From Epiperipatus broadwayi (Eukaryota > Animalia > Onychophora): DNA of 64,000 nucleotides. The position numbers and the translations under genes were made by a program. Within the stretch, counting starts at the first letter, position 1. Every line of letters begins with the position of its first letter. Of this stretch, positions 37,440 to 47,954 are shown piece by piece. The DNA is taken from contig JAQFVV010000008.1 of assembly GCA_028023455.1 (NCBI GenBank), positions 12,152,001 to 12,216,000 on the forward strand, read 5' to 3'. The notes beneath the pieces are model-generated. The model was not told the DNA's origin and searched no databases. It worked only from the letters and a program-made list of their open reading frames with translations.

Positions 37440-38962
37440 AATAAAGTGGCACAGTCAGGAGTAAACACTGTAAACAGGGGGGGGGGGATTGGAAGTAGAT
37501 AGCGGTTAATAGCAAAAATCGAACGGTTAGATTTGTACTAAAAATGTATTCAGTTGGTCAAAATAGCATAGGAGAATTCAAGGTAACTAACATGTCAGAA
37601 AAGCCATTGTATATAACCCAGATAGAAATTTTTTTTTTACCTTGAATGGGATAAAAATAATAAAAAAAAACTCATAGCAATCATGTGTTTTGTGGGCAAG
37701 AGAGTAATCAAAGTTATAAGTAAATATTTTGAACTACTATTGCCTGAGAAGATTAAATATGAAGAAGTAATTAAAAAATCAAACAAACCTTATAGCCCAC
37801 ATCCCTCTCGTCATATTGCAAGATTAACCCTGCGTAATAGGAAGCAACTAAAGGGCAAGAAAATAAAGGAGTATAATTTGGCTTTGAAAGAACTGGCTAA
37901 AGATTGTAGGTATGGCAATTTTGTAGAAGAAATCCTTATGAATCAATTACTCTGGGGGATAGTGCATGACAGGCTTAGGCAACAATTGTTAGTAAAACCA
38001 GAATTAACATATGAAATTGCCATTAAGAAGGGCATGGCATATGACCTCATTTTTGGAGCAAGCTCAGGCTTATAAAGCAAGGTTGGAAGATAACACAAAA
38101 ATGGGCATTTTCAAGACAAATAGTAAGAATCTAGCCCTCATGAACAACACTAAAATTACTTGTTATTGTTGTGGTAAATTAGGCCATACAAAGAAAGAGT
38201 GCAAATGGAACAAAATTCATGTTTCAAATGTGGTAAAAAGGGGCATTTGGCGCTTGTGTATAAAAAAGAGGGTATAATGGAAAACCCCATGTCAGAAAGT
38301 AGTGGAGGGAAATTGATAAAAAAAAAAACATGATTAAAAATCTACACGTGAAAGAGATACATCAGTTCATGATTAAAGTTAAAATTCGGGAAAAAGAAAT
38401 AGAAATGAAAATAGACAGTGGATCAGCAATTTCTATAGTGTGTTTTACAGATTAGGAGAGTTTGTCAGCAACTAATTTGAAGAGTTCGCTAGAGAAAACA
38501 AGTATTAGAGCGAAAGACATAAATGGCCATGGGCTTAAATTTTGTGGCCAGGTTACAGCGCCAATCAGATATAATAGTAAAAAATGAGAATCTACAGTTA
38601 TATATCATAAAGGCAAAAATTAACCCCATTATAGGGAGAGATTGGTTCCATGAATTAGGAATATAAATTAATAATATAAAAGAGATTTCTAGAATAGGAA
38701 AAAACTAGAAAATACCCAGAGCTTTTTAATGAAGAATTAGGGTTGATCGATACAAAACCAGTCGAAATAAAATTACTAGAAAATATGCGTCTAGTAGTTT
38801 GCAAACTGCGAAAAGTGCCACTTGCACAAAGAGTGAACATTGAGGGTAAGCTAAAATCCTTAGTCAAATCAGGAGTATTAACACCCATCGAAAACTCTGA
38901 ATGGGCTACACTGTTAGTGGTAATAACCAAATTGAATGGGGAAATTAGGTTGTATGGGGATT

Positions 38963-39211
38963 CTTTTCTTCCTCCTCTGTTTTTGCTGTCTTCATATATA
39001 ATATTGAATTTCAAAAAACTCACACACTTCACTTTTTAGCAAAAAAACTTTTAATATTCATTACAGTTTCAACTGTATTTTAATGGTTGTATGTTTATAT
39101 ATGTTCAAATTTTGTAGATCTGATGAAGACTGCATGGTACAGTCGAAACTGTAATCAATAATAAAAGTTTTTTTGCTAAAAAGTGAAGTGTGTGTTTTTT
39201 GAAATTCAATA
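38963..39211. mobile_element. Hammerhead-bearing family-3 insertion (249 bp, inverted configuration) inside the Ty3 RT
   Basis: 13-bp TSD TTGTATGGGGATT at 38950-38962 and 39212-39224 (the RT LYGD codons); ~77-bp inverted arms at 39001-39077 and 39138-39213. Confidence 0.9.
39113..39160 (+). ncRNA. Family-3 minimal type I hammerhead ribozyme (Penelope-type extra A after the core); predicted GUA cleavage after 39153
   Basis: TGTAGAT-CTGATGA-A-GACTG-CATGGTA-CAGTC-GAAA-C-T-GTA-ATCAATA. Stem II is 5 bp and perfect; stem I pairs 6 of 7; stem III ACUGU is quasi-palindromic. Confidence 0.82.
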
Positions 39212-41665
39212 TTGTATGGGGATTACCGGGTTACAATAATTATTTAAACAGGGGAGTGTACCCTGTCCCAAATGTTAGGGAAATACTGGGTCTACAAAAT
39301 ACTTCATATTTTGCTAAGTTAGATCTAAATTACGCATTTCACCAGATTCGCATAATGGATAAATCAGTGGAAAAATTAGCACTTACAGCCCACATGGGCT
39401 TATATAAATGCAACATACTACCGTTTGGCATTTCTATAGCACCAAATATTTTTCAAGCAAAGATCAATGCCTTATTACAAGGTTTAGAGGGAGTATTCCA
39501 TATTTCGACGATATACTCATCATGGCAAATCCAGAAGACAAGTTACAAGAAAGGCTCCTCACTATGTGCAAGAAATACAGAAATTAGGTGTAAAACTGAA
39601 TGCACAAAAGATCGTATGGATGAAAAAACAATTAACATTTTTAGGTCATTTGACTTCAGACATGAGAAGAAAACATCACCACAGAAAGTAACAGCAGTGA
39701 TCAAAGCCTCTCCATCAACCAATGTCAAACAGCTGCAGGCATTTTTGGGATTGATGAATTTTTTTGAGCCTTTCTTAAAGAACAAAGCTCAGATTGCAAA
39801 ACCCTTATATGATTTGTTAATGATGAATTAAAAGTGGACATGGAAGCCTTACTATCATCAGATAAACTGTTAGTGCATTGTAATAGCACTTTAGAAGTAC
39901 GCTTAACCACCGATGCATCCGAATAGGGAGTAGGAGCAGTACTATCTCATCTGTCCTACAAAGAGGAGTGTCCCATTGTGTATGCATCAAGGACCCTTTC
40001 AAAAGCAGAAAGGAACTACAGTCAATTAGACCAAGAGGCATTGGCTATTATTTTTGGCCTTAAAAATTTTCATCAATTCCTATTTGGCAGAAACTTTATA
40101 ATATTTACGGATCACAAATGACTACTTGGAATTCTGGGCCACAATAGACTAGCACCCAGACATTTAAGTCCATGAATCATGTACAGGAGAAATATCTTGG
40201 CAGGATATGGCTATATATTTCAATATCAAAAAGGCAAAGAAATAGCACATGCAGACACGCTGTCACGAATGCCAGATAAATGAGAAAATTAGTACAGAGG
40301 TTGAAATAAATTATATAGATGTCAAACTCAGACATACTGAATAGTAAAAGGGTAGCAAATTGAACAAATGCTGATCGGTCTACCAGAGATTGAAGCAATG
40401 GATTAAAAATGGGTGGCCAGATTCAAGGCTTGAATACCTTGACCCGAGGTTTTGGACAAATAGAAATAAACTATCCATTTGTAATGGTTGTGTACTAATG
40501 GGTGATCAGGTTGTAATTCCTATGGAGGGCAGACAACAAGTTTACTGCATGAAGGGCACCCAGGGATGATATGTGCAAAAACACTGGCTCGTAGCTACAT
40601 ATGGTGGCCAAAAATGTCGAGACTGAGCAAAATATTAAAAAATGCACACCATGTCAGAGACAGATGAATATGCCAATGAAAGATTACAACTCATGGCCAA
40701 AGGCAACAACAGCTTGGCAAAGACCACATAGACCACGCTGGCCCAATAAATGGGAAGATACTATTGGTGATTATCGATGCATATTCAAAGTGGTCAGAGT
40801 GTAGTATCAAAGTGGACAGAATGTAGAATAGTGAAAGACATTAGTAATGAAACCATTAAGATACTAAGTTCAGTATTTGCCTGCCACAGACTGCCAGAAA
40901 CAATTGTCTGACAATGGAACGGCATTTAAGGTTAAAGAAACTGAAGGATATTTCCAGAAGAATTGCATCAAACACATACAGATACTAGCTTACCACCTAG
41001 AATCAAATGGACTGGCCAAAAAGGCGGTACAGAATATAAAGAGAGCCTTCAGAAAACTAGATAACCAGGATCTTCAGAGTGCTATTAATGATGAAATGCT
41101 ACACCAACACCCAACGCCATTGACAGCTATGGGAAGGTTACCAGCAGAATTACTAATGGGCAGGAAATTGCGCATTAAATTATCATTACTCCTTCCAAAC
41201 CCCACCAAAAAATGGATAGTGAAAATTATACAAACATTTTTGCAAAGGGAGATAGAGTATGGGTCCAGGATATGCTACGGAAAAAATGGATAGAAGAGAT
41301 AATTACAAGACTGTTATCCCAGCACATAGTAATCATCCAGTTACAAGATGGTACAACATATAGAAGACACATAAACCATCTCAGACATCATGTGGTAGAA
41401 GAACTGCAAATGTTGATACATATTCCAAGTGAAATAAGATTGCAGGACCAAGAGAAATTGGATATAAAGCAACAAGCAGAAATAGAAGAGAAAATACCTG
41501 ACAATAACAAAATAGACGTGATTCCTACAGGAAAGTCAGATGAAGGAATAATAGGTGTATGCTGACCAAAAAGGAAAATACAAAAGCCACACAAATTAAG
41601 AGGCTGTCTAAAAAAAAAAGAGAGAGAAAAAAAGAGAAGAGCCATTTCTGGAGTAAGGAGAGAAG

Positions 41666-42265
41666 TGTTGTATATAGTTATAGAGTAATAACAATTGATA
41701 ACGTTTATAGATTGTCAAGCTGATTTCTTAACTAAAACAACTAGCGTATATAGAACAAAACAAGTCAGGGAACCCAGATCTAATGTCTGACAAATACAGG
41801 TTACCAACTACTCCAGAAATAGAAAGAAAGAAAACAAAACCCGACAGGTATATAAACAAAAGACAAAAAAACTCTTGGAGTCTTTTTGTCCTGCTACAGT
41901 GGCTGGCGAGTGTGTGTGAGAACAGAATATCTCAGGTTATCAGGGCCTGTAAGTAATCCAGCCGACTAGGACCTTAAACAGATTGTACTGATCTTTTATT
42001 ATTTTACAACGCCCAACTGGGCTCTTCACAGATAATAAATAGATACCTGTTGCAGGTAGCGTAAACTTTACTTATAACTTTATGTAAATTTGGTACTCGG
42101 GAGTTATAGTATATTAACATCCCCAAATTAAGGTAGTTTGTTCTCCATATGATATTGTACGTTAGCTATTTTATTTTATATTAAATTATTATATTTCACA
42201 CCTGGTCTCTGTTTACTAAACTATGTTAACATTGCTGATCACTCGGCGAAAGCCGGGACACAGCA
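41666..42265 (+). repeat. 3' LTR of Ty3 element 1 (600 bp, ~90 bp longer than the 5' LTR)
   Basis: TGTTGTATATA...GGGACACAGCA; an extra segment at ~42105-42197 is absent from the 5' LTR. Confidence 0.95.
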
Positions 42266-42758
42266 AAGAACATGCTTGAAGGAAAACACTTTTTAATGTA
42301 ACTATCATATCCATCCATGTTCTATCCAGCAATCTAGGCAGTCTTTTAATATAATCCATAAATGCTACTATCTTGAAGAAAGGAGCATCCAAGTTCTTTT
42401 ATAACAATTTTCTTCTTGAATAAAGTAAACATGATAGTCGAACTACATGTCAAATGAATGTTTACAAAGTAGTATACAAGTTCCCTATTCATGACAGTCT
42501 AACCATATAATATCATTCAAACTTTCATTGATACAACTAGGAATTTCAAGAATAGAAAATATCAAGTTGGACGTCAAAACATACCAAATGCCACGTAGGT
42601 TTCCTTTTACTTGAGAAGCCCTTCTAAACAAACTAATAGTATATACCTGTTCAATTAAACTGTCTTTCTCCGAAAAACGAGGAGTCCTAATAAAGGTAAA
42701 CACGAACTTACCAGAATTTTTTTTTTAAGTTCAAATCTTTTTCACCAGTGTTTCTTGT

Positions 42759-43331
42759 TGCTGTGTGCTGCGCTAATCAAATCACGTGCACACAAGTTGT
42801 ATAGACTTACTCAGATCGAGCATGATTTTTAAACCGGATTGAGCATGTAGCACTGCAAACCAATAGAAATAGTTATGGATAAATGACCAATGGGGGAGAA
42901 TGTCCACAGAATCCTATGCTCACAGTCTGGAAGGGGAACTAACTATAAAAGATATCTGGTGCTGAAGATCGGACACTCTAAATCAGAAGAAGGACCTGGA
43001 CTGGCTTTTCTTACCCAGTGAATCCCCGCTGAAGGTACAAAGGAGGGATCTAGGCAACTTTAAAGGCCAACTCGGTCTATATTATTATTTATTAGTAAGC
43101 CTAATGGCACAGATAAAAGTACGGTAAAATTACTTATGTAAAATTTTGTATACTTTTTGATTACCATAATTCGTTGTAACTAATTATACTCTGTAACCTT
43201 TTCTAAATTGTTATTAAATAGTTTAACCTGACTGTCACTCTGAGAGTTCTTTTCTTTAAAACTATATATGCTAGTACATGTTCGCAAAAACAGAATAAGT
43301 TGCTGTATGTAATTAGAGTCCGAACATAGCA
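42759..43331 (+). repeat. 5' LTR of Ty3 element 2 (573 bp), with CCAAT and TATAAAA promoter motifs
   Basis: Direct repeat of 46070-46640; CCAAT at ~42887 and TATAAAA at ~42944. Confidence 0.97.
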
Positions 43332-43337
43332 TACAAT

Positions 43338-43346
43338 TGGCGCAGT
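43338..43346 (+). promoter_or_regulatory. Primer-binding site, probably tRNA-Ser type
   Basis: TGGCGCAGT is complementary to ...ACUGCGCCA, the 3' end typical of invertebrate tRNA-Ser (established knowledge). It starts 6 nt after the LTR. Confidence 0.65.
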
Positions 43347-43417
43347 TGACAGTTGAAAGAGGACAAAATGGTTAAACTAAAAAGAGAAAAGGTGTCAACA
43401 GTTAGTTACCAAGGAAG

Positions 43418-45055
43418 ATGGCTACAACTCAGCCAGGTATTTGTGAATTCGATGTTAATAGTCCTTCCGAGTGGCCCCAATATACAAAACGAATTGAATA
43501 TTATTTCATTGTTAACAAAATCAAAGATGACGTAACGAAAGTAGCCACACTATTACTTTTCGGTGGACCAGGTGTAATTGAAGTTGCAAACCAATTATGC
43601 GGACCCGAAGAACCGGAAAAACTATTGTACTCTGATCTAGTTGGGCGGCTGAATAACCATTTTAGCCCAGAACCGTCAAAACACATTGCTCGCCTACACT
43701 TGCGCAACAGACACCAAATAAAGGGAGAAAAGTGTAGAGATTTTGATACCGCCTTAAGAGATTTGGCGCGAAAGTGTGCTTATGTAGACCTAGAAGAAGC
43801 ACTATTAGATCAGTTTTTATGGGGGATGAGCGATGACAAATTACGTCAACAACTATTGGCCATCCCAGATCTGACGTATTCCGAGGCTATCAAAAGAGGG
43901 ATGTCCCACGAACTAGTTATAAGCAGCTCCAAAGAATTCCAACAAGCTAACCTGGATGCTACGAAACAAACTTCAATAAGCAAAACAGAAGAGTTACCAA
44001 ACTCGAAAATTGAATGTTATCGCTGCGGCAAAATTGGACACATTGCACGTGAATGCAGCTGGAAAAATGCAAAATGTAATAAATGCGGGAGAGTTGGACA
44101 CCTGGCGAAAGTTTGCCGTACTAAAAATAGAACTAGAGCGAATGACAAATCCCCAGTAAACAGATATGCCAAATCGGAACGTTATACCGAAATAAATAAG
44201 GCAGAGACCAAAAGCTGTCAACAAATAATGTTAGCAGTAGAGATATGTAACAAAGCTATAGAAATGGAGATAGACAGCGGAGCTGGGGTGTCCATCATAT
44301 CGCAAAGGGATTGGTCCGAGATAAATAAAAACGTTAAAAACCAGCCAAGAGTAGCTAAAACAGAACTCAAGGCAAATGATGCAAATGGGAATCCTATTCA
44401 AATAGTCGGAGTAGTAGAGGTTATGGTAGCCATAAACAATCGCCGGAAAAAACTAAACCTATATATTGTCAAGGGCAATATAGCACCCTTATTAGGTAGG
44501 GAATGGTTTACCCCGTTAGGCATTAAGATCTGTATGGTAAACAAAATTAACATCGAAAGGGAAATAAAACTTAAATTCCCTAAACTGTTTACCGAAGAAC
44601 AGGGACGAATCACTACGACAGCCATGGAAATTGAGCTTCGCGAAGGCGCAAAAGCTCTAGTCCGCAGTTATGTGTATTGGCCGGGCATGGGTACGGACAT
44701 AGAAATGTTCATTAAAAAATGTAAATCTTGCCAATCAACCGTAAACATACCTCCAAAGAAATTTACACCGTGGCCCAAAACAGATAAACCTTGGAGCCGG
44801 GTCCACATAGACCATGCTGGACCAATAAATGGCAAAATGATTTTAGTGTTGATAGATGCTGGCTCAAAATGGGCAGAATACAAGATTGCCAAAAATACTA
44901 GTTCTGCAGAAACAATTCGTATTTTAAGCGAAATATTCGCACACCAGGGATCACCAGAAGTCTTGGTTTCCGACAATGGGACTGCTTTTACTTCCGATGA
45001 ATTCAAATCATTTGTGGAAGAGTGGGGAATAAATCACATCCGTTCTCCTCCGTAG
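43418..45055 (+). CDS. Gag-protease-(RT/RH deleted)-integrase in-frame fusion polyprotein, 545 aa
   Basis: Gag with two CCHC knuckles (CYRCGKIGHIAREC, CNKCGRVGHLAKVC) and protease DSGA. ...MEIELREGA is joined directly to KALVRSYVYWPG...CKSCQ at ~44650, followed by integrase core HIDHAGP and VSDNG. Stops at TAG 45053-45055, just before the catalytic E. Confidence 0.93.
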   Translation: MATTQPGICEFDVNSPSEWPQYTKRIEYYFIVNKIKDDVTKVATLLLFGGPGVIEVANQLCGPEEPEKLLYSDLVGRLNNHFSPEPSKHIARLHLRNRHQIKGEKCRDFDTALRDLARKCAYVDLEEALLDQFLWGMSDDKLRQQLLAIPDLTYSEAIKRGMSHELVISSSKEFQQANLDATKQTSISKTEELPNSKIECYRCGKIGHIARECSWKNAKCNKCGRVGHLAKVCRTKNRTRANDKSPVNRYAKSERYTEINKAETKSCQQIMLAVEICNKAIEMEIDSGAGVSIISQRDWSEINKNVKNQPRVAKTELKANDANGNPIQIVGVVEVMVAINNRRKKLNLYIVKGNIAPLLGREWFTPLGIKICMVNKINIEREIKLKFPKLFTEEQGRITTTAMEIELREGAKALVRSYVYWPGMGTDIEMFIKKCKSCQSTVNIPPKKFTPWPKTDKPWSRVHIDHAGPINGKMILVLIDAGSKWAEYKIAKNTSSAETIRILSEIFAHQGSPEVLVSDNGTAFTSDEFKSFVEEWGINHIRSPP

Positions 45056-45056
45056 A

Positions 45057-45554
45057 TCGGAATCCAATGGAATCGCGGAAAAGGCGGTACAACATTTGAA
45101 ACTAGTATTAAATAGATTAAATAAAACCAACCTATCCGAGGCGCTAAACATTGCAATGCTGCACCAACACATTACGCCCACCACATCTACTGGGAAATCA
45201 CCAGCTGAAATATTGATGGGCAGAAAACTGCGTAACAAGCTGACCATTCTGATGCCTGATCATGGAAAATCGCCACCAATCATGAAAAATACTTATGCTG
45301 CCGGAGATAATGTATGGATGTGCGATACACTACGCAAGACGTGGACAGAAGGTGTAATAACCAGGATTATTTCAGACCAAATCGTTGAAATAAAAACCAA
45401 CTCGGGAGCAAGCTACCGTCGACACATAAATCATGTCCGGAAAAACTGGACAGAAGTGAATTTCGACTACAATATAGAAACTCGAGATGAAGATCCACTC
45501 GAAAATCAAAATGTCGTCAATAAACAGTGCAGAAGACCTCATAGAGTTAGGTGA
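45057..45554 (+). pseudogene. Frameshifted C-terminal part of integrase
   Basis: A different frame reads SESNGIAEKAVQHLKLVL...TTSTGKSPAEILMGRKLRNKL. It is separated from the upstream ORF by an apparent 2-nt loss at the YHP codons (CCGTAGATCGGAA versus expected CCGTACCATCCGGAA). Confidence 0.85.
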
Positions 45555-46069
45555 TGAAACAGCGGGAGTTCCAGATGAAACCATGATACAGCATCCCGGA
45601 TTGAATGCGACTGGCGATCATGAAGAAAACAGACTCCATCGTAAACATCGCCCATCTGCCTATTTACAAGACTATATATGTCACTAGTTAATAAATGGTA
45701 ACAAACCAGCAGTAGAATGGCATGCTTAAAATTAACTTCTAGTGTAAGCATTTGTTTGTTTTATTTGTTTTAAATTTTAAAAATGAACTACGCATGCAAA
45801 ATTTGACTATATATATATATAAATTTTATTATTACGGAACCGTTTTGTCTGATGCAATTCGGAATAATTAAATAACGGGATTTTGGCCGCATGGGAATTG
45901 TGTTAATTATTAAAGAACATTGTAAAATAAGCAATAATAGTAATTTACTAAGTGATACTGAAAGCCAAAAAACTAATTTGATAATTACTATTGAATGAAG
46001 AAATAGACTATTAAAAGAATATGTGTGACTCCAGAGAAGCAGGCTTTTCTCAGGAGTAGTGGGGGATAG

Positions 46070-46640
46070 TGCTGTGTGCTGCGCTAATCAAATCACGTGC
46101 ACACAAGTTGTATAGACTTACTCAGATCGAGCATGATTTTTAAACCGGATTGAGCATGTAGCACTGCAAACCAATAGGAATAGTTATGGATATAAATGAC
46201 CAATGGGGGAGAATGTCCACAGAATCCTATGCTCACAGTCTGGAAGGGGAACTAACTATAAAAGAATCTGGTGCTGAAGATCGGACACTCTAAATCAGAA
46301 GAAGGACCTGGACTGGCTTTTCTTACCCAGTGGACCCCTGAAGGTACAAAGGAGGGATCTAGGCAACTTTAAAGGCCAACTCGGTCTATATTATTATTTA
46401 TTAGTAAGCCTAATGGCACAGATAAAAGTACGGTAAAATTACTTATGTAAAATTTTGTATACTTTTTGATTACCATAATTCGTTGTAACTAATTATACTC
46501 TGTAACCTTTTCTAAATTGTTATTAAATAGTTTAACCTGACTGTCACTCTGAGAGTTCTTTTCTTTAAAACTATATATGCTAGTACATGTTCGCAAAAAC
46601 AGAATAAGTTGCTGTATGTAATTAGAGTCCGAACATAGCA
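46070..46640 (+). repeat. 3' LTR of Ty3 element 2 (571 bp)
   Basis: Follows the PPT AGGAGTAGTGGGGGATAG and is followed by the TSD CTTGT. Confidence 0.97.
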
Positions 46641-47391
46641 CTTGTCGAATTATTTAAAAATTTGTGGTAAAATATCAAATACACGGCGGCATAAAAATTA
46701 TATTATAAAAAATAATTGATTAAAATAATAACAACATATTTATCCTACCAACAACATTCATAATGAGCAATAAAACCCTGTGATGACCAATAATAAGTTA
46801 TAAGCATAATTGTCTTTAGAGACAAATGGCTTTAAAAAAAAAGAAACTTTTATGATGGATAGACGGCGGCGACATAATCTGCATTGCCACCTGCGACCAT
46901 CTCCGCATTCTTGCTACCTGATCAGAGAACACTGCACGCCGCAATGCTAGCATAGGACACTGTTCTTAAGCAGGCGCCTCCTTACTAACCACTTCATTGC
47001 TAACTTCGAGTTCGAAGTTCATCCATCAACAGCAACCTAGTCCAATTTTCTGCGCGAATATTTGCAACATTTCATTCTCTGGCACTACAACTATATTATC
47101 ATTTACAGCATTCAGTTTATGGGCTGAAAAACTCTTACAAAGTTACGTCTTACAACTTTGAAAAACTTGTAAAAAGTGCGCCAAGACAATGTAAACATTT
47201 CACACTTTACTTTATTCCAATCCTACCTACAGGAATTTGCTTTGCGAATTTTATTGTTTATATAAGCGAAAACTATAATGGACAGTAATTATGAATGTTG
47301 GTAGGATAAATATTATTTTAATAAATTATTTTTTATAATATAATTATTTGTTATTTTTTTATATTATAATTTCGTGTACAGTGTATTTGAT

Positions 47392-47954
47392 TTTTTTTTT
47401 TAAAGAATATAGACTTTATTTTATATAAAGTGTTACAAATGAATTTCTCTAGACAACAAAAAAAATCTAGTATAAATTTACATTTTTACTAATAACTTCC
47501 TGAATGTGGATAGGTAGATTTCTTTGGGTGCAAGAAGCTTATCTTTTTTTCGAATAGAATTAAATGTATTTTTAATAAAAAGTTGTGAAGTCCAATGGAG
47601 AATTTGTTATAACTATGTGACATCTAAGTAACCATATTATGTGGTTAATAAATATGCATCTTCTGATATTGCAGAAATTACCCATTTTAATATTATGAAT
47701 GATATCAAAGAGTTCTGGATTGTGATTATTGAAATAATTTTGGAATTATATATTTTGCTTCTCTTAGTCCCGAGCAAAAAACAAGAATATGATCAAATGT
47801 TTCACTATCTTTTTTACACAAAATACATAAGGAATCAATCCTTTTAAATCCTATATTTGAAACAAGGAAATCGTTGGTAGGAAGTGAAGATAGATTTATT
47901 TTAATGATAAAATCAATATATTTAGGCATTAAATACCATTTTCTCATTTTACTA
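47392..47954 (-). mobile_element. 5'-truncated L1/Tx1-like LINE (3' 563 bp) inserted in the Merlin-2 TIR
   Basis: 12-bp TSD AGTGTATTTGAT at 47380-47391 and 47955-47966; poly(A) tail seen as a T-run at 47392; zf-RVT-like motif CILCKKDSETFDHILVFC in ORF 47726-48028. Confidence 0.88.

Larger units (their letters stand above)
37544..41565 (+). pseudogene. gag-pol pseudogene of Ty3 element 1
   Basis: Gag (PHPSRHIARLTLRNRKQ; CYCCGKLGHTKKEC), protease (IDSGSAIS), RT (YFDD in a shifted frame at ~39500; ILPFGISIAPNIFQ), RNase H (TTDAS...YASRTLSKAERNYSQLDQEALAIIFG), integrase (HEGHPG...CTPCQ; LSDNG; ESNGLAKKAV). Many frameshifts and stops. Confidence 0.93.
36930..42265 (+). mobile_element. Ty3/Gypsy (Mag-like) LTR retrotransposon 1, full-length, decayed
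   Basis: TG...CA LTRs at 36930-37439 and 41666-42265; 5-bp TSD AAGAA at 36925-36929 and 42266-42270; PBS-like TGGCACAGTCAGGA at 37447-37460; PPT at 41650-41665; domain order gag-PR-RT-RH-IN. Confidence 0.96.
42759..46640 (+). mobile_element. Ty3/Gypsy (Mag-like) LTR retrotransposon 2, young, lacking RT and RNase H
   Basis: LTRs at 42759-43331 and 46070-46640 (TGCTGTGT...ACATAGCA) differ at only a few sites; 5-bp TSD CTTGT at 42754-42758 and 46641-46645; PBS TGGCGCAGT at 43338-43346; PPT at 46052-46069. Confidence 0.97.
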
